From: Chloroflexi bacterium RBG_16_68_14
Lineage (GTDB): Bacteria > Chloroflexota > Dehalococcoidia > DSTF01 > RBG-16-68-14
Assembly: GCA_001796995.1 (NCBI GenBank)
Contig: MGOB01000041.1
Location: forward strand, 17,588-55,638
Reading direction: 5' to 3'
DNA: 38,051 bases
Shown one piece after another: positions 1 through 7,689 of this stretch. Numbering within the stretch: position 1 is the first letter of the stretch; each line of letters opens with the position of its first letter. Under the pieces are notes generated by a model. That model saw only the letters and a list, made by a program, of their open reading frames with translations. It did no database searches and had not been told where the DNA came from. Made by a program: the position numbers and the translations under genes.

Positions 1-392
1 AGCCCCTTGGTGCCGTCGGACAGCTCCCACCACATGCGCTTGCCGCCTGGCGCATCCTGCCGATAGTGGACGGCCACCAGCTCGCTGTGTTCGTCGCGCA
101 CGTCCCAGCATCGAACCGCTGGCGACGGCTGGCGTCCGTCCCGCTGGGGCGTGCTGGGCCACACGCCGCGTTCGCGTAGGGCGCCGAGCACCGCGTCCTG
201 AGAGCATCCTGCATGACACCGAACGAGTATCTTGCCGTCGCGCTCGGTCACGGCCAGGCTCGGCGCCGGGTCCTGGTGAACTGGGCAGTGAGTCTTACCG
301 TGGCCGCGCTGGGCGGCGGTAGAGCATGAGCAGCCGTGCCGCCCACAAGCGAGGGCTTCCCCGATGGCCTTCGCTGACGTTGCGTCAGGCAT
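1..392 (-). CDS. Primase-like zinc-finger protein of an integrated element (N-terminal part only; the gene runs off the left edge)
   Basis: Absent from the ORF track because no stop codon is reached. My own minus-strand translation from the ATG at 392-390 gives MPDATSAKAIGEALACGRHGCSCSTAAQRGHGKTHCPVHQDPAPSLAVTERDGKILVRCHAGCSQDAVLGALRERGVW... The pattern HCPxHxD..PSL...CHAGCS resembles the zinc-binding module at the N-terminus of phage/plasmid primases. The start overlaps the stop of the upstream HTH gene by 8 nt. Confidence 0.5.
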   Translation of the reverse strand, partial: MPDATSAKAIGEALACGRHGCSCSTAAQRGHGKTHCPVHQDPAPSLAVTERDGKILVRCHAGCSQDAVLGALRERGVWPSTPQRDGRQPSPAVRCWDVRDEHSELVAVHYRQDAPGGKRMWWELSDGTKG

Positions 393-579
393 CGGCGCCG
401 TTCACCTGCCGCAACCTCTCGGCAATGAACGCCTCCAGTGCGGACACCGGGACGCGCCGTGCGCGGCCCAGCTTCACGCTGGCGATCTCGCCGCGCATGA
501 CGAGTCCGTAGAGGTATGACCTCCCGATGCCCAGGCGCTCCGCAGCCTCACTTGGCGTCAACAGAATCTTGTCGTCCAT
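385..579 (-). CDS. Excisionase-family helix-turn-helix DNA-binding protein
   Basis: 64-aa ORF. LTPSEAAERLGIGRSYLYGLVMRGEIASVKLGRARRVPVSALEAFI is the typical MerR-like excisionase HTH. It lies near an integrase gene. Confidence 0.75.
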   Translation of the reverse strand: MDDKILLTPSEAAERLGIGRSYLYGLVMRGEIASVKLGRARRVPVSALEAFIAERLRQVNGADA

Positions 580-655
580 GCGTGTCCTCCTGAACTTGAC
601 TTCAGCCGTGGCTGTCTAATATGATAGCCATATACCTGATTGGATAACCATCCTG

Positions 656-1588
656 ATGCAGTCAGTACCAAATCAGTTTCTGGGACTATTGGGCGAGCAG
701 CCGGCCTTCCGCTGGGCGCGGTATGAGGAATGCCAATTGGCAAAACTTCCGCCGGTCCCGCCTTCGCCTCGAATCCTAGACATGCTGCTTACCTACCCCC
801 GTCCCCTAGACCTCCCGTCCGTCGATCTGTTCAGCGCGCACGAAGCGATCCTATGCGGGGGGAAGCCAGAGAAGTACGAGCCGCTGAAGGACGAGCCGAA
901 TCTCTATCTCAAGTTCGCTGATACGTATTGCGGAGATGACGCCGAGTTCGGAAAGCGTGCAGTGACGTTTGTCAGGTGCTACGGGCTACCACGCCACGTG
1001 CCCGTCTGCGAGGAAAGGTACGGATGTCCTGGTCTTCCACTAGACACGTTCGGCTCGGATGTCCAGGCGATGTCGAGGGCCGTCAAGCTGCTCGCAGCCG
1101 TTGATCAAGTTCGACGCGGCGGCGACTCTCGTGAACTGTCCTCTCTTGTGGAACGAAGACCCGGTGCAACAACCGATCGCCTGGCAAGCACAATGGGTAC
1201 ACGAGCTGCCCTCGTACTCCAGTCGATGCTGGAGCTTACGAATGCGCTGTCGGTGGAGCTTGATGGGGTTCGATTGTTGCCAATGCCAGATGTGGCAACG
1301 TTGCTGGATCACGCCATGAGCGGCAAGAGCCGCAAGGGGGGGTTTCCTTCTTCCATACTGCGTATCCTTCCGCAGTACACCTGCGACAGCCTACGAGCGG
1401 CGATGTGGCTTCAGGTCTACGTCGCCGCCACCGAGCAACGAATCGTTCGCGGCCGCTGCAAGGGGTGTGGGCAGCCCTTCGAGGCAAAGGACCGTCGCCA
1501 AGTGTACTGTGATCCCTACTGTCGCCATGCTGCCAATCAGCGCAGTTACTACTACAGCCACAAGAAGCAGCGAAGGAGGGCCAAATGA
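656..1588 (+). CDS. Hypothetical protein with a C-terminal Cys-rich zinc-ribbon-like tail (element cargo or regulator)
   Basis: 310-aa ORF with ordinary amino-acid composition. C-terminus reads CKGCGQPFEAKDRRQVYCDPYCRHAANQRSYYYSHKKQRRRAK. Its stop overlaps the integrase start (ATGA at 1585-1588). I do not recognise a family. Confidence 0.55.
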   Translation: MQSVPNQFLGLLGEQPAFRWARYEECQLAKLPPVPPSPRILDMLLTYPRPLDLPSVDLFSAHEAILCGGKPEKYEPLKDEPNLYLKFADTYCGDDAEFGKRAVTFVRCYGLPRHVPVCEERYGCPGLPLDTFGSDVQAMSRAVKLLAAVDQVRRGGDSRELSSLVERRPGATTDRLASTMGTRAALVLQSMLELTNALSVELDGVRLLPMPDVATLLDHAMSGKSRKGGFPSSILRILPQYTCDSLRAAMWLQVYVAATEQRIVRGRCKGCGQPFEAKDRRQVYCDPYCRHAANQRSYYYSHKKQRRRAK

Positions 1589-2724
1589 GCAAGCGAGGAA
1601 GCGGCGAAGGTAGCATCTTCAAGAGGGGCGACGGCCGGTGGGCTGCCGCCTTGAACCTCGGCTATGAGGGCGGACGGCGCCGACGCAAGCACCTGTACGG
1701 TCGGACACGCGGCGAGGTGGCACAAAAGCTTCAGCGCGTCCAGCGGACGCTCGCCGACGGGGGCGTGCTGACCGCCGAGCGCCAGACGGTGGCGACGCTC
1801 CTGGAGGCGTGGCTGAGCGACAGCGCCGCCAGCAAGGTGCGTCCGCGCACGCTCCAGCGCTACCGGGAGATCGTGCGGCTCCACCTGATACCGGCGCTCG
1901 GTAGGGTTCGGCTCTCGAAGCTCACGCCAGCCCACGTGGAGCGGATGCGAAACGAGGCGCTGGCCCGTGGCGTCTCGCCGCGCAGCGCTGCCCATCATCG
2001 CGCCGTCCTGCGAACGGCGCTCAACGTCGCGATGCGCTGGGGATGGATAGGGCGCAACGCCGCGAGCCTTGCTGAGCCACCGCGCATCCCGGAGCGGGAA
2101 GTACGCCCACTCGCCCCAAGCGACGCACGGGCGCTCCTCCAGGCCGTGCGCGGCGATAGGCTGGAAGCCCTGTTCACCGTGGCGCTGGCCTGCGGCCTGC
2201 GGCAAGGGGAGGCGCTGGCTCTGCGCTGGCCGGATATGGACCTAGAGCGCGGGACGCTGACCGTACAGCGAAGCCTACAGCGCGTCGGCGGCGAGTGGCG
2301 GTTTGTAGAGCCTAAGACGGCCCGCTCGCGTCGCATCATCCCGCTGCCAGCGCCCGTCATCGCTTCGCTGCGCGAGCATCGCGCCCGCCAGCTAGGGGAG
2401 CGGCTGCGCGTCGGCGCCGCCTGGGAGGGTCAGGGCTGGGGGGACTTGGTATTCACGGACGAGCTGGGCCGTCCGCTCTCCGGGTTCCACGTCCTGAGGC
2501 GCTTCAAGGCGCTTCTCGCGTTGGCCGGACTGCCGCCGATGCGATACCATGACCTGCGGCACGGCGCCGCCTCGCTGATGGCGGTTCAGGGAGTGCCCGC
2601 GAGGGTAGCGATGGAGCTTTTGGGACACGCGCAGATCAGTACGACGATGAACATCTACGCCCACGTCGCCCCAGAGCTCCAGCGGGACGCCGCCGAGCGC
2701 GTCAGTCAGGCGCTTTGGGGCTAG
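1585..2724 (+). CDS. Tyrosine-type site-specific integrase (phage integrase family)
   Basis: 379 aa. N-terminal GSIFKRGDGRWAA... arm-binding type segment. Catalytic region contains ALACGLRQGEALAL (Arg), HDLRHGAASL (His-x-x-Arg) and LLGHAQISTTMNIYAHV (His and the nucleophilic Tyr). Confidence 0.93.
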   Translation: MSKRGSGEGSIFKRGDGRWAAALNLGYEGGRRRRKHLYGRTRGEVAQKLQRVQRTLADGGVLTAERQTVATLLEAWLSDSAASKVRPRTLQRYREIVRLHLIPALGRVRLSKLTPAHVERMRNEALARGVSPRSAAHHRAVLRTALNVAMRWGWIGRNAASLAEPPRIPEREVRPLAPSDARALLQAVRGDRLEALFTVALACGLRQGEALALRWPDMDLERGTLTVQRSLQRVGGEWRFVEPKTARSRRIIPLPAPVIASLREHRARQLGERLRVGAAWEGQGWGDLVFTDELGRPLSGFHVLRRFKALLALAGLPPMRYHDLRHGAASLMAVQGVPARVAMELLGHAQISTTMNIYAHVAPELQRDAAERVSQALWG

Positions 2725-2800
2725 GATCGGATCGCGTGGCTGTCAAATTGGCTGTCAACCGCCCTCACCATCCCCCAGAAAGCGTCAAGTTTAGATTCGT

Positions 2801-2877
2801 GCCCCCGTAGCTCAGTAGGACAGAGCAGCGGTTTCCTAAACCGCGGGTCGCAGGTTCGAATCCTGCCGGGGGTACCA
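2801..2877 (+). tRNA. tRNA-Arg (anticodon CCT) with encoded CCA
   Basis: Hand-folded cloverleaf. Acceptor stem GCCCCCG/CGGGGGT, D arm GCTC-AGTAGGACA-GAGC, anticodon stem GCGGT/ACCGC with loop TTCCTAA (CCT at 2835-2837). Variable loop GGGTC, T arm GCAGG-TTCGAAT-CCTGC, discriminator A, CCA at 2875-2877. Confidence 0.93.
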
Positions 2878-2920
2878 CCTCTTCTGGTTCTCGGCTCGTA
2901 GGGGGAAGAGCGGCTGGCGA

Positions 2921-3313
2921 CTACGCCTTCCGCGCTGTCCCGCGCCCGTGCCGCTCCGCCAGGCGGCGGATCTCGCGGCACAGCTGGTCGGTATCGATCT
3001 GCTTGAGCAGGGCGTCGACCGCGCCGGCCTTCTTGACCGCCTGCCACAGCTCCGGCGTGAGGAAGGAGGCGAAGGCCACGACCGGCGCCTCGGTCAGTTG
3101 GCGCAGCTCCCGGCAGTCGTCCGCCCCGTCCCCGTTGCTGCGGTGGATGTCCAAGAGCACGATGTCGGGCCGGGCGCGGGGCAGGATGGTCGCCGCCTCC
3201 GCAACGCTGGAGGCACACCCGACGATCTCCAACTCCGGGTCCCGGCTCAGCCGCCGGGCCAGGCTGGTGCGGGCGTCCTCGTGGGTGTCGATGAGCAGAA
3301 CACGCACGGCCAT
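2921..3313 (-). CDS. Stand-alone response-regulator receiver (CheY-like) protein
   Basis: 130 aa. VRVLLIDTHEDA..., phospho-acceptor context DIVLLDIH, a conserved Ser (AFASF) and Lys (KKAGAVDALLKQ). No output domain. Confidence 0.85.
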   Translation of the reverse strand: MAVRVLLIDTHEDARTSLARRLSRDPELEIVGCASSVAEAATILPRARPDIVLLDIHRSNGDGADDCRELRQLTEAPVVAFASFLTPELWQAVKKAGAVDALLKQIDTDQLCREIRRLAERHGRGTARKA

Positions 3314-3382
3314 AGCACTTCTAGAGGCTCAGCGTACGCTACGCAGATAGCAGTTCCCTAGGCCCATAGAGCCCGTTTCGAA

Positions 3383-3396
3383 TGGCCAAATGGCCC
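3383..3396. promoter_or_regulatory. Palindromic box TGGCCAAATGGCCC (GGGCC-N4-GGCCC family), upstream of the stand-alone receiver gene
   Basis: Read directly from the sequence, in the 119-bp gap between the response-regulator stop (3433) and the receiver start (3313). One mismatch to the perfect palindrome. Confidence 0.45.
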
Positions 3397-3432
3397 TTCC
3401 TTTGTGGGCGCTTCGGCGTGGTAGTGGGGCCG

Positions 3433-4089
3433 TTACGGCGTCTCAGGTGAGGAGCGGCGGCGGGCGATGAAGGCGGCCGCCTCCGAGCGACGGCGGAGGT
3501 TGAGCTTCCCCAGAATGCTACTGACGTAGTTTTTCACTGTCTTGTCGCTCAGATAGACCTCCTGAGCGATCTCTTTGTTCGTCTTACCCTCCGCGATGAG
3601 GTCGAGGATCTTCCGCTCCTGCTCGGAGAGGAGGGAGAGCTCGTCGTCCTTGCTGACGCCGGCGCTCCGCACCTGTTCCAGCACCCGCTGGGTGACCGCC
3701 GGGTCCAGGAGGGACTCGCCCCGGGTGGCCCGCTCGATGGCCTCCACCAGAGTCTGGCCCTGGGTCTGCTTCAGCAGGTAGCCAGTGGCGCCGGCCATGA
3801 TGGAAGAGAAGACCGCCTCATCGTCCGCGTAGGAGGTGAGCATGAGCACCTTCGTCTCGGGCCGGTGGGCGCGGATCTCCCGGCAGGCCTCCACGCCGCT
3901 GCCGTCAGGCAGGCGCACGTCCATCACCACCACGTCAGGCTCGGTCTTGCGCGCCTCGGCGACGGCGCTGGCGACGGAGCCCGCCTCGCCCACCACCGCC
4001 ATCTCAGGTCGGCGGCGGAGCAGCGCACGCAGCCCCTGCCGCACCACCTCGTGGTCGTCCACGATGAGCACCCGGATCTGCTTGGCCAT
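3433..4089 (-). CDS. NarL/LuxR-family (DevR-like) two-component response regulator
   Basis: 218 aa. Receiver domain (IRVLIVDDHEVV, DVVVMDVRLPDGSG) plus a LuxR-type HTH (LSEQERKILDLIAEGKTNKEIAQEVYLSDKTVKNYVSSILGKLN). Its start overlaps the kinase stop (TAATG). Confidence 0.93.
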   Translation of the reverse strand: MAKQIRVLIVDDHEVVRQGLRALLRRRPEMAVVGEAGSVASAVAEARKTEPDVVVMDVRLPDGSGVEACREIRAHRPETKVLMLTSYADDEAVFSSIMAGATGYLLKQTQGQTLVEAIERATRGESLLDPAVTQRVLEQVRSAGVSKDDELSLLSEQERKILDLIAEGKTNKEIAQEVYLSDKTVKNYVSSILGKLNLRRRSEAAAFIARRRSSPETP

Positions 4090-5435
4090 TATCGTTTCCT
4101 TTCCATCGCGAGCGCCAGTTCGACGACAAGCTGCGTGCCCCTGCCGTTGACGGATTGCACGGAGAACCGGCCGCCCAGCGCCTCGACGCGCTCCCGCATG
4201 TTGCGCAGCCCTTGTCCGCCGGCCGAACGCTTCGGCTTGAACCCGACGCCGTCGTCGGTGATGGTCATCCGAAAGATGCCGTCCTTGCGCTGCAGCTTGG
4301 CCGTCACGCTGGAGGCCCGCGCGTGCTTCCGAACGTTGTTGAGCGACTCCTGGGCCACGTGGAAGAGCGCCGTGCTCTGGTCCTCTGAGAGCCCCTGGCA
4401 GGCGCCCGGCTCCTCGATGAGCTGCACGTCCAGCAGCGCGTTCACCTTCAGCTCTTGGAGCAGGCCGCCCACGGCCCCGGCCAGGTCCGTATCGGCCAGC
4501 ACGCGGGGCCGCAGGTTGAAGATGTAACTCCGGATATCGGCGATGGTCTGGTTCAGGTTCTGGATCGCCTTCTGGAGCTGGGGCTGTACCTCGGCTGGGT
4601 CTTGGGCCAGGTCCTCCAGGCAGTTCTCCAGGGTCAAGCCGGCGGCGTAGAGGGACTGGATCACGCCGTCGTGCAGGTCCATGCCGATGCGGTCGCGCTC
4701 CTCCAGCACCGCCAGGTCCTGCACCTGGTGGTAGAGGCGGGCGTTTTCGATGGCGATGGCGCCATGGGCGGCGAAGGTGCGCAGCGTCTCCTCGTCCTGC
4801 TCGGTGAAGGGCTGGCCCCCGCTCTTGTCCGTCAAGTATAGATCGCCGACGATCCGGCCTTCGTACACGATAGGCAGGCCGATGAAGCTGGTCATCAGCG
4901 GGTGGTGGGGAGGGAAGCCGGAGGAGCGAGGGTCGTCGGCGATGCGGTCGATGCGCAGCGTCTCCCCCTTCTGGATGACAGCGCCCAGCAGCCCCTTGCC
5001 CTCCGGCGGCCGGCCGATGCGCTCCCGCTCCTCTCGGCTGAGGCCCGAGGTCAGGAACTCCGCGATCTTCCCCTCCTCATTCACCATCGCCAGGGCGCCG
5101 TAGCGGGCGTCGGTCACGGCGCGGCTCAGGTCCACTACCTTCTGGAGGACGGAAGCGAGGTTCAGCTCAGAGGAGAGGGCGAGGCTCGCCTCGTTGATGG
5201 CGGCCAGGTGGCGGGCCCGCTGCACCATCTCCCGCTGGGCCTGTCCCAGGACGCGGAAGATCCAGCTCGAGAAGGCACCGGCGCCGAGAGCGGTGATCAC
5301 CGTGATCAGGACGACGACACCCGCGTCCGAGAGGAACCGGCCCAGCCCCAGCACCACCAGTGCGGCCACTGCGGCCACAAAGGTGACAGGGAGCCAGACG
5401 CCGAGTTGACGCCACCGGCGGATCAGAGCCTCCAT
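4089..5435 (-). CDS. Membrane-anchored GAF-domain sensor histidine kinase (HisKA_3 type, DevS/DosS-like)
   Basis: 448 aa. Two N-terminal hydrophobic segments. GAF-like block GFPPHHPLMTSFIGLPIVYEGRIVGDLYLTDKSGGQPFTEQDEETL...AIENARLY. H-box DRIGMDLHDGVIQSLY. ATPase boxes QESLNNVRKHA, DDGVGF and GQGLRNMRERV. Confidence 0.9.
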   Translation of the reverse strand: MEALIRRWRQLGVWLPVTFVAAVAALVVLGLGRFLSDAGVVVLITVITALGAGAFSSWIFRVLGQAQREMVQRARHLAAINEASLALSSELNLASVLQKVVDLSRAVTDARYGALAMVNEEGKIAEFLTSGLSREERERIGRPPEGKGLLGAVIQKGETLRIDRIADDPRSSGFPPHHPLMTSFIGLPIVYEGRIVGDLYLTDKSGGQPFTEQDEETLRTFAAHGAIAIENARLYHQVQDLAVLEERDRIGMDLHDGVIQSLYAAGLTLENCLEDLAQDPAEVQPQLQKAIQNLNQTIADIRSYIFNLRPRVLADTDLAGAVGGLLQELKVNALLDVQLIEEPGACQGLSEDQSTALFHVAQESLNNVRKHARASSVTAKLQRKDGIFRMTITDDGVGFKPKRSAGGQGLRNMRERVEALGGRFSVQSVNGRGTQLVVELALAMERKR

Positions 5436-5446
5436 GGCATGTCCAC

Positions 5447-5457
5447 ATTATAGATCA
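5447..5457 (-). promoter_or_regulatory. Promoter-like element; minus strand reads TGATCTATAAT (perfect TATAAT -10) just upstream of the kinase ATG
   Basis: Plus strand is ATTATAGATCA. Only 11 nt separate the TATAAT from the ATG at 5435, which implies a near-leaderless mRNA. The identical 11-mer recurs at 17753-17763. Confidence 0.5.
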
Positions 5458-5521
5458 TAAGGTACAGCTCGGTCGCCGCGCTTGTGCCGCCGGTATCCGC
5501 CAACCGCAGCGTGCGCAGCCG

Positions 5522-5558
5522 ACAAGAAAGGAAGCCCGTCCGGTAGCTCCGGACGGGC
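5522..5558 (-). terminator. Rho-independent terminator downstream of the Fe-S carrier gene
   Basis: 10-bp perfect stem GCCCGTCCGG/CCGGACGGGC (5534-5543 / 5549-5558) with loop TAGCT. On the minus strand it is followed by TTCCTTTCTT. Confidence 0.7.
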
Positions 5559-5582
5559 CCTTCGGGCGGGCAGGGTGGCCGG

Positions 5583-5948
5583 CTAGTAGCAGGGGCGAGG
5601 GGAGCCGCCGCCTTCGGCCGTGTCGAAGCTGGAGCCGCAGGCACAGCTCTTGACGGCGTTGGGGTTGAAGATGGTGAAGCCGCTCTTCATGATGTCTTCC
5701 ACGTAGTCGATCTCGGCGCCCTGGAGGAGGGGGGCGCTCTCGGGGTCGACGAGGAGGCGGACGCCGTCGTGCTCGACGACGAAGTCGTCCTCCTCGGTCT
5801 CCTGGGCGAGGGTCATGCCGTACTGGTAGCCGGAGCAGCCGCCGCCAGCGACGAAGACGCGGAGGGCGCCGGCCTCGGCTCCCTGCTCCTGGAGGAGAAG
5901 CTTCACTTTCTCAGCCGCCTTGTCGGTCAGGGAAACGATGTCGCTCAT
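5583..5948 (-). CDS. A-type iron-sulfur cluster carrier (IscA/ErpA/HesB family)
   Basis: 121 aa. LRVFVAGGGCSGYQYGM and C-terminal CACGSSF are the three conserved Cys of A-type carriers. A 13-residue tail, DTAEGGGSPRPCY, follows the usual C-terminus. Confidence 0.9.
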   Translation of the reverse strand: MSDIVSLTDKAAEKVKLLLQEQGAEAGALRVFVAGGGCSGYQYGMTLAQETEEDDFVVEHDGVRLLVDPESAPLLQGAEIDYVEDIMKSGFTIFNPNAVKSCACGSSFDTAEGGGSPRPCY

Positions 5949-6055
5949 GCTGGCTGCCTCTTTCTAGCTGTTTCGCGGCCCCGGTACCGATGCGCTTCGA
6001 TCCGAGGGACATCTTTCACCCTACCCTCATACCAGGCGCGATAGGGTCGCGGGAA

Positions 6056-6069
6056 GGGCCGTTCGGCCT
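6056..6069. promoter_or_regulatory. Palindromic box GGGCCGTTCGGCCT, about 110 bp upstream of the Fe-S carrier gene
   Basis: Read directly from the sequence. One mismatch to GGGCC-N4-GGCCC. Confidence 0.4.
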
Positions 6070-6166
6070 GACCGGTGCGGGGCGATCGACCCTTGGCACA
6101 GCAAGGCAGACTTCGTCGACAGAAGGCCTGCTGTCGGCGGGATGGTTCCGGGACAGGCGGCTCCCG

Positions 6167-6188
6167 AAAAAAACAGGCCATTTGGCCT
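6167..6188 (-). terminator. Weak terminator-like hairpin plus T7 tract on the minus strand (it is also a palindromic-box copy, AGGCCATTTGGCCT)
   Basis: Minus strand reads AGGCC-AAAT-GGCCT-G-TTTTTTT. The stem is only 5 bp, so termination is uncertain. Confidence 0.3.
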
Positions 6189-6460
6189 CTTGTCAGGAGC
6201 TGCCGCTGGGAGGTATGCTCTCTACCAAGAAGGCCGGATCGTCCAGAGAGACGGTCCGAGCGGAGGAGCCCATGAACATACGGGTCCTAGCAGGCGTTTG
6301 GCAGGTTGACAGATAAGGCCCTACCGGGAGACGGTAGGGCGCAAGGCAACGCCAGGGCTCGCACCCACAATGGGGAATAGCGGTCCAAGAATAGAAGGAC
6401 CCAACCACCCGGGGGCTACCCGATAGCGAGCGCGGCGTAAACGAACACAACCTAATGCGA

Positions 6461-6491
6461 CAAAGGCTCTCTCACTATGAGAGAGCCTTTG
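6461..6491. terminator. Strong hairpin between the non-coding gap and the 3' end of modC
   Basis: 13-bp perfect stem CAAAGGCTCTCTC/GAGAGAGCCTTTG with loop ACTAT. On the plus strand it is followed by CTTTCTCC; on the minus strand (modC sense) it is followed by TCGCATTAGG. It may act in both directions. Confidence 0.6.
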
Positions 6492-6531
6492 CTTTCTCCA
6501 TCGCCGAGGGCTCCCAGGTCTGATGTCAGCC

Positions 6532-7689
6532 CTACGGGTCCCCGCCTGGGATGACGTGGATCGCGTCCCGCCGAATGGAGACCGTGACCTCCTTGCGCCG
6601 GTCGAGCCCCAGACGGAAGTAGACGTAGCCGGGCAGCTCGATCTCCAGGTCGTAGTGGGCGGGCCCGTCGTCCGCCGAGGGCTGACAGTCCGTGACTGCC
6701 GGCCCGCCGCCCACCAGGCCAGCTCCCGAAGGGGCGAGGCGGAGGAAGAGGCGGTAGGTCTCCGCCTGGATGCGCTCCTCCACGATGCAGCCGTGCAGAG
6801 TATTCTGCCGCGTCTCCGAGGGCGGCCGGTCGAGCCGGAAGATCATGATCTGGGTGGGCCGGATGCAGACGTCCACGGGCGTCTCGGCGGTCAGGGGCCG
6901 TGGCGGCGCCTCCAGCACGTGGCCCCGCCAGGCGATGTGGAGCGCCTCTTCGTCGGCGGAGAGCACGGTGCCCCGCAGCACGTTGCGCGTCCGCACGAAC
7001 TCGGCCACCCGGCGGCTGATGGGCCGGTAGAAGACCTCCTCCCGCGGGCCCTCCTGGAGCACCCGCCCGCCGTCCATGACGGCCATGCGCTGGCCCAGCA
7101 GGAAGGCGTCCTCCAGGTCGTGCGTGACGACCACGGTGGTGACGCCGGCCCGGCGGTGGAGCGCCAGCAGCTCCTCGCGCAGGCCGCCCCGGATGCCGCT
7201 GTCTAACGAGGAGAAGGGCTCGTCCAGGAGGAGGACGTCCGGCCGGAAGGCGAGGGCGCGGGCCAGCGCCACCCGCTGCTGCTGGCCGCCGGAGAGCTCT
7301 CGCGGGCGGCGACTCTCCAGGCCCGCCAGCGCCATCAGCTCCACCATCTCGCGCACCCGGGCCGCTCGCTGCGCCGGCGGCAGGTCGCGCAGCCCGTAGG
7401 CGATGTTCTCCTCGACGGTGAGGTGGGGGAAGAGGGCGTAGTTCTGGGGGACGTAGCCCACCCGGCGCGCCTGGGGTGGCAGGTTCACGCCGGCGTCGCT
7501 GTCGAAGAGGGTACGGGCGTCGGCGACGATGCGCCCGGCATCGGGCCGGACGATGCCGGCGATGCACTGGAGGGTGAGGCTCTTGCCCGACCCCGAAGGG
7601 CCGAAGAGGACGGTCATCTCCTGGGCGGCGCGGAAGGCGGCGTCGAGCTGGAAGCCACCGAGCCGACGCTGGACGCGGACATCAAGCAC
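6532..7689 (-). CDS. modC: Molybdate ABC transporter ATP-binding protein with a C-terminal TOBE/Mop-like domain
   Basis: 385 aa. Walker A GPSGSGKS, signature LSGGQQQRVALARAL, Walker B LLLDEPFSSLD, and a ~130-aa C-terminal extension. Sits in an operon with modB and modA. Confidence 0.9.
   Translation of the reverse strand: MLDVRVQRRLGGFQLDAAFRAAQEMTVLFGPSGSGKSLTLQCIAGIVRPDAGRIVADARTLFDSDAGVNLPPQARRVGYVPQNYALFPHLTVEENIAYGLRDLPPAQRAARVREMVELMALAGLESRRPRELSGGQQQRVALARALAFRPDVLLLDEPFSSLDSGIRGGLREELLALHRRAGVTTVVVTHDLEDAFLLGQRMAVMDGGRVLQEGPREEVFYRPISRRVAEFVRTRNVLRGTVLSADEEALHIAWRGHVLEAPPRPLTAETPVDVCIRPTQIMIFRLDRPPSETRQNTLHGCIVEERIQAETYRLFLRLAPSGAGLVGGGPAVTDCQPSADDGPAHYDLEIELPGYVYFRLGLDRRKEVTVSIRRDAIHVIPGGDP

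Larger units (their letters stand above)
1..2800. mobile_element. Right-hand end of an integrated element or prophage remnant abutting a tRNA gene
   Basis: Primase-like, excisionase-like and integrase genes are clustered directly beside tRNA-Arg. The far boundary and att repeats lie outside the window, so the extent is unknown. Confidence 0.6.

Noticed and set aside
600-655. A TPP-riboswitch-like fragment (ACCTGATTGGATAACC) and an imperfect inverted repeat in the excisionase/hypothetical divergent region.
   Set aside because: The obligatory CTGAGA element and the pairing partners are missing, and no thiamine-related gene is nearby. It is more likely just AT-rich promoter or operator DNA of the mobile element.
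5949-6531. Known RNA families in the large gap: tmRNA (an in-frame ...ASAA-TAA stretch near 6430), RNase P RNA and SRP RNA.
   Set aside because: There is no tRNA-like acceptor/T-arm or CCA end for tmRNA. There is no GGAAAGTCCGGGC-type P4 element for RNase P. There is no GGAA-tetraloop/AGCA SRP domain IV motif. Only a generic 'candidate structured RNA' claim is kept, as a finding.
6452-7567. A 371-aa ORF on the minus strand overlapping modC in another frame.
   Set aside because: The composition is extremely Arg/Pro/Gly/Ala-rich and no domain is visible. The overlapping frame (6532..7689) has full ABC ATPase motifs.
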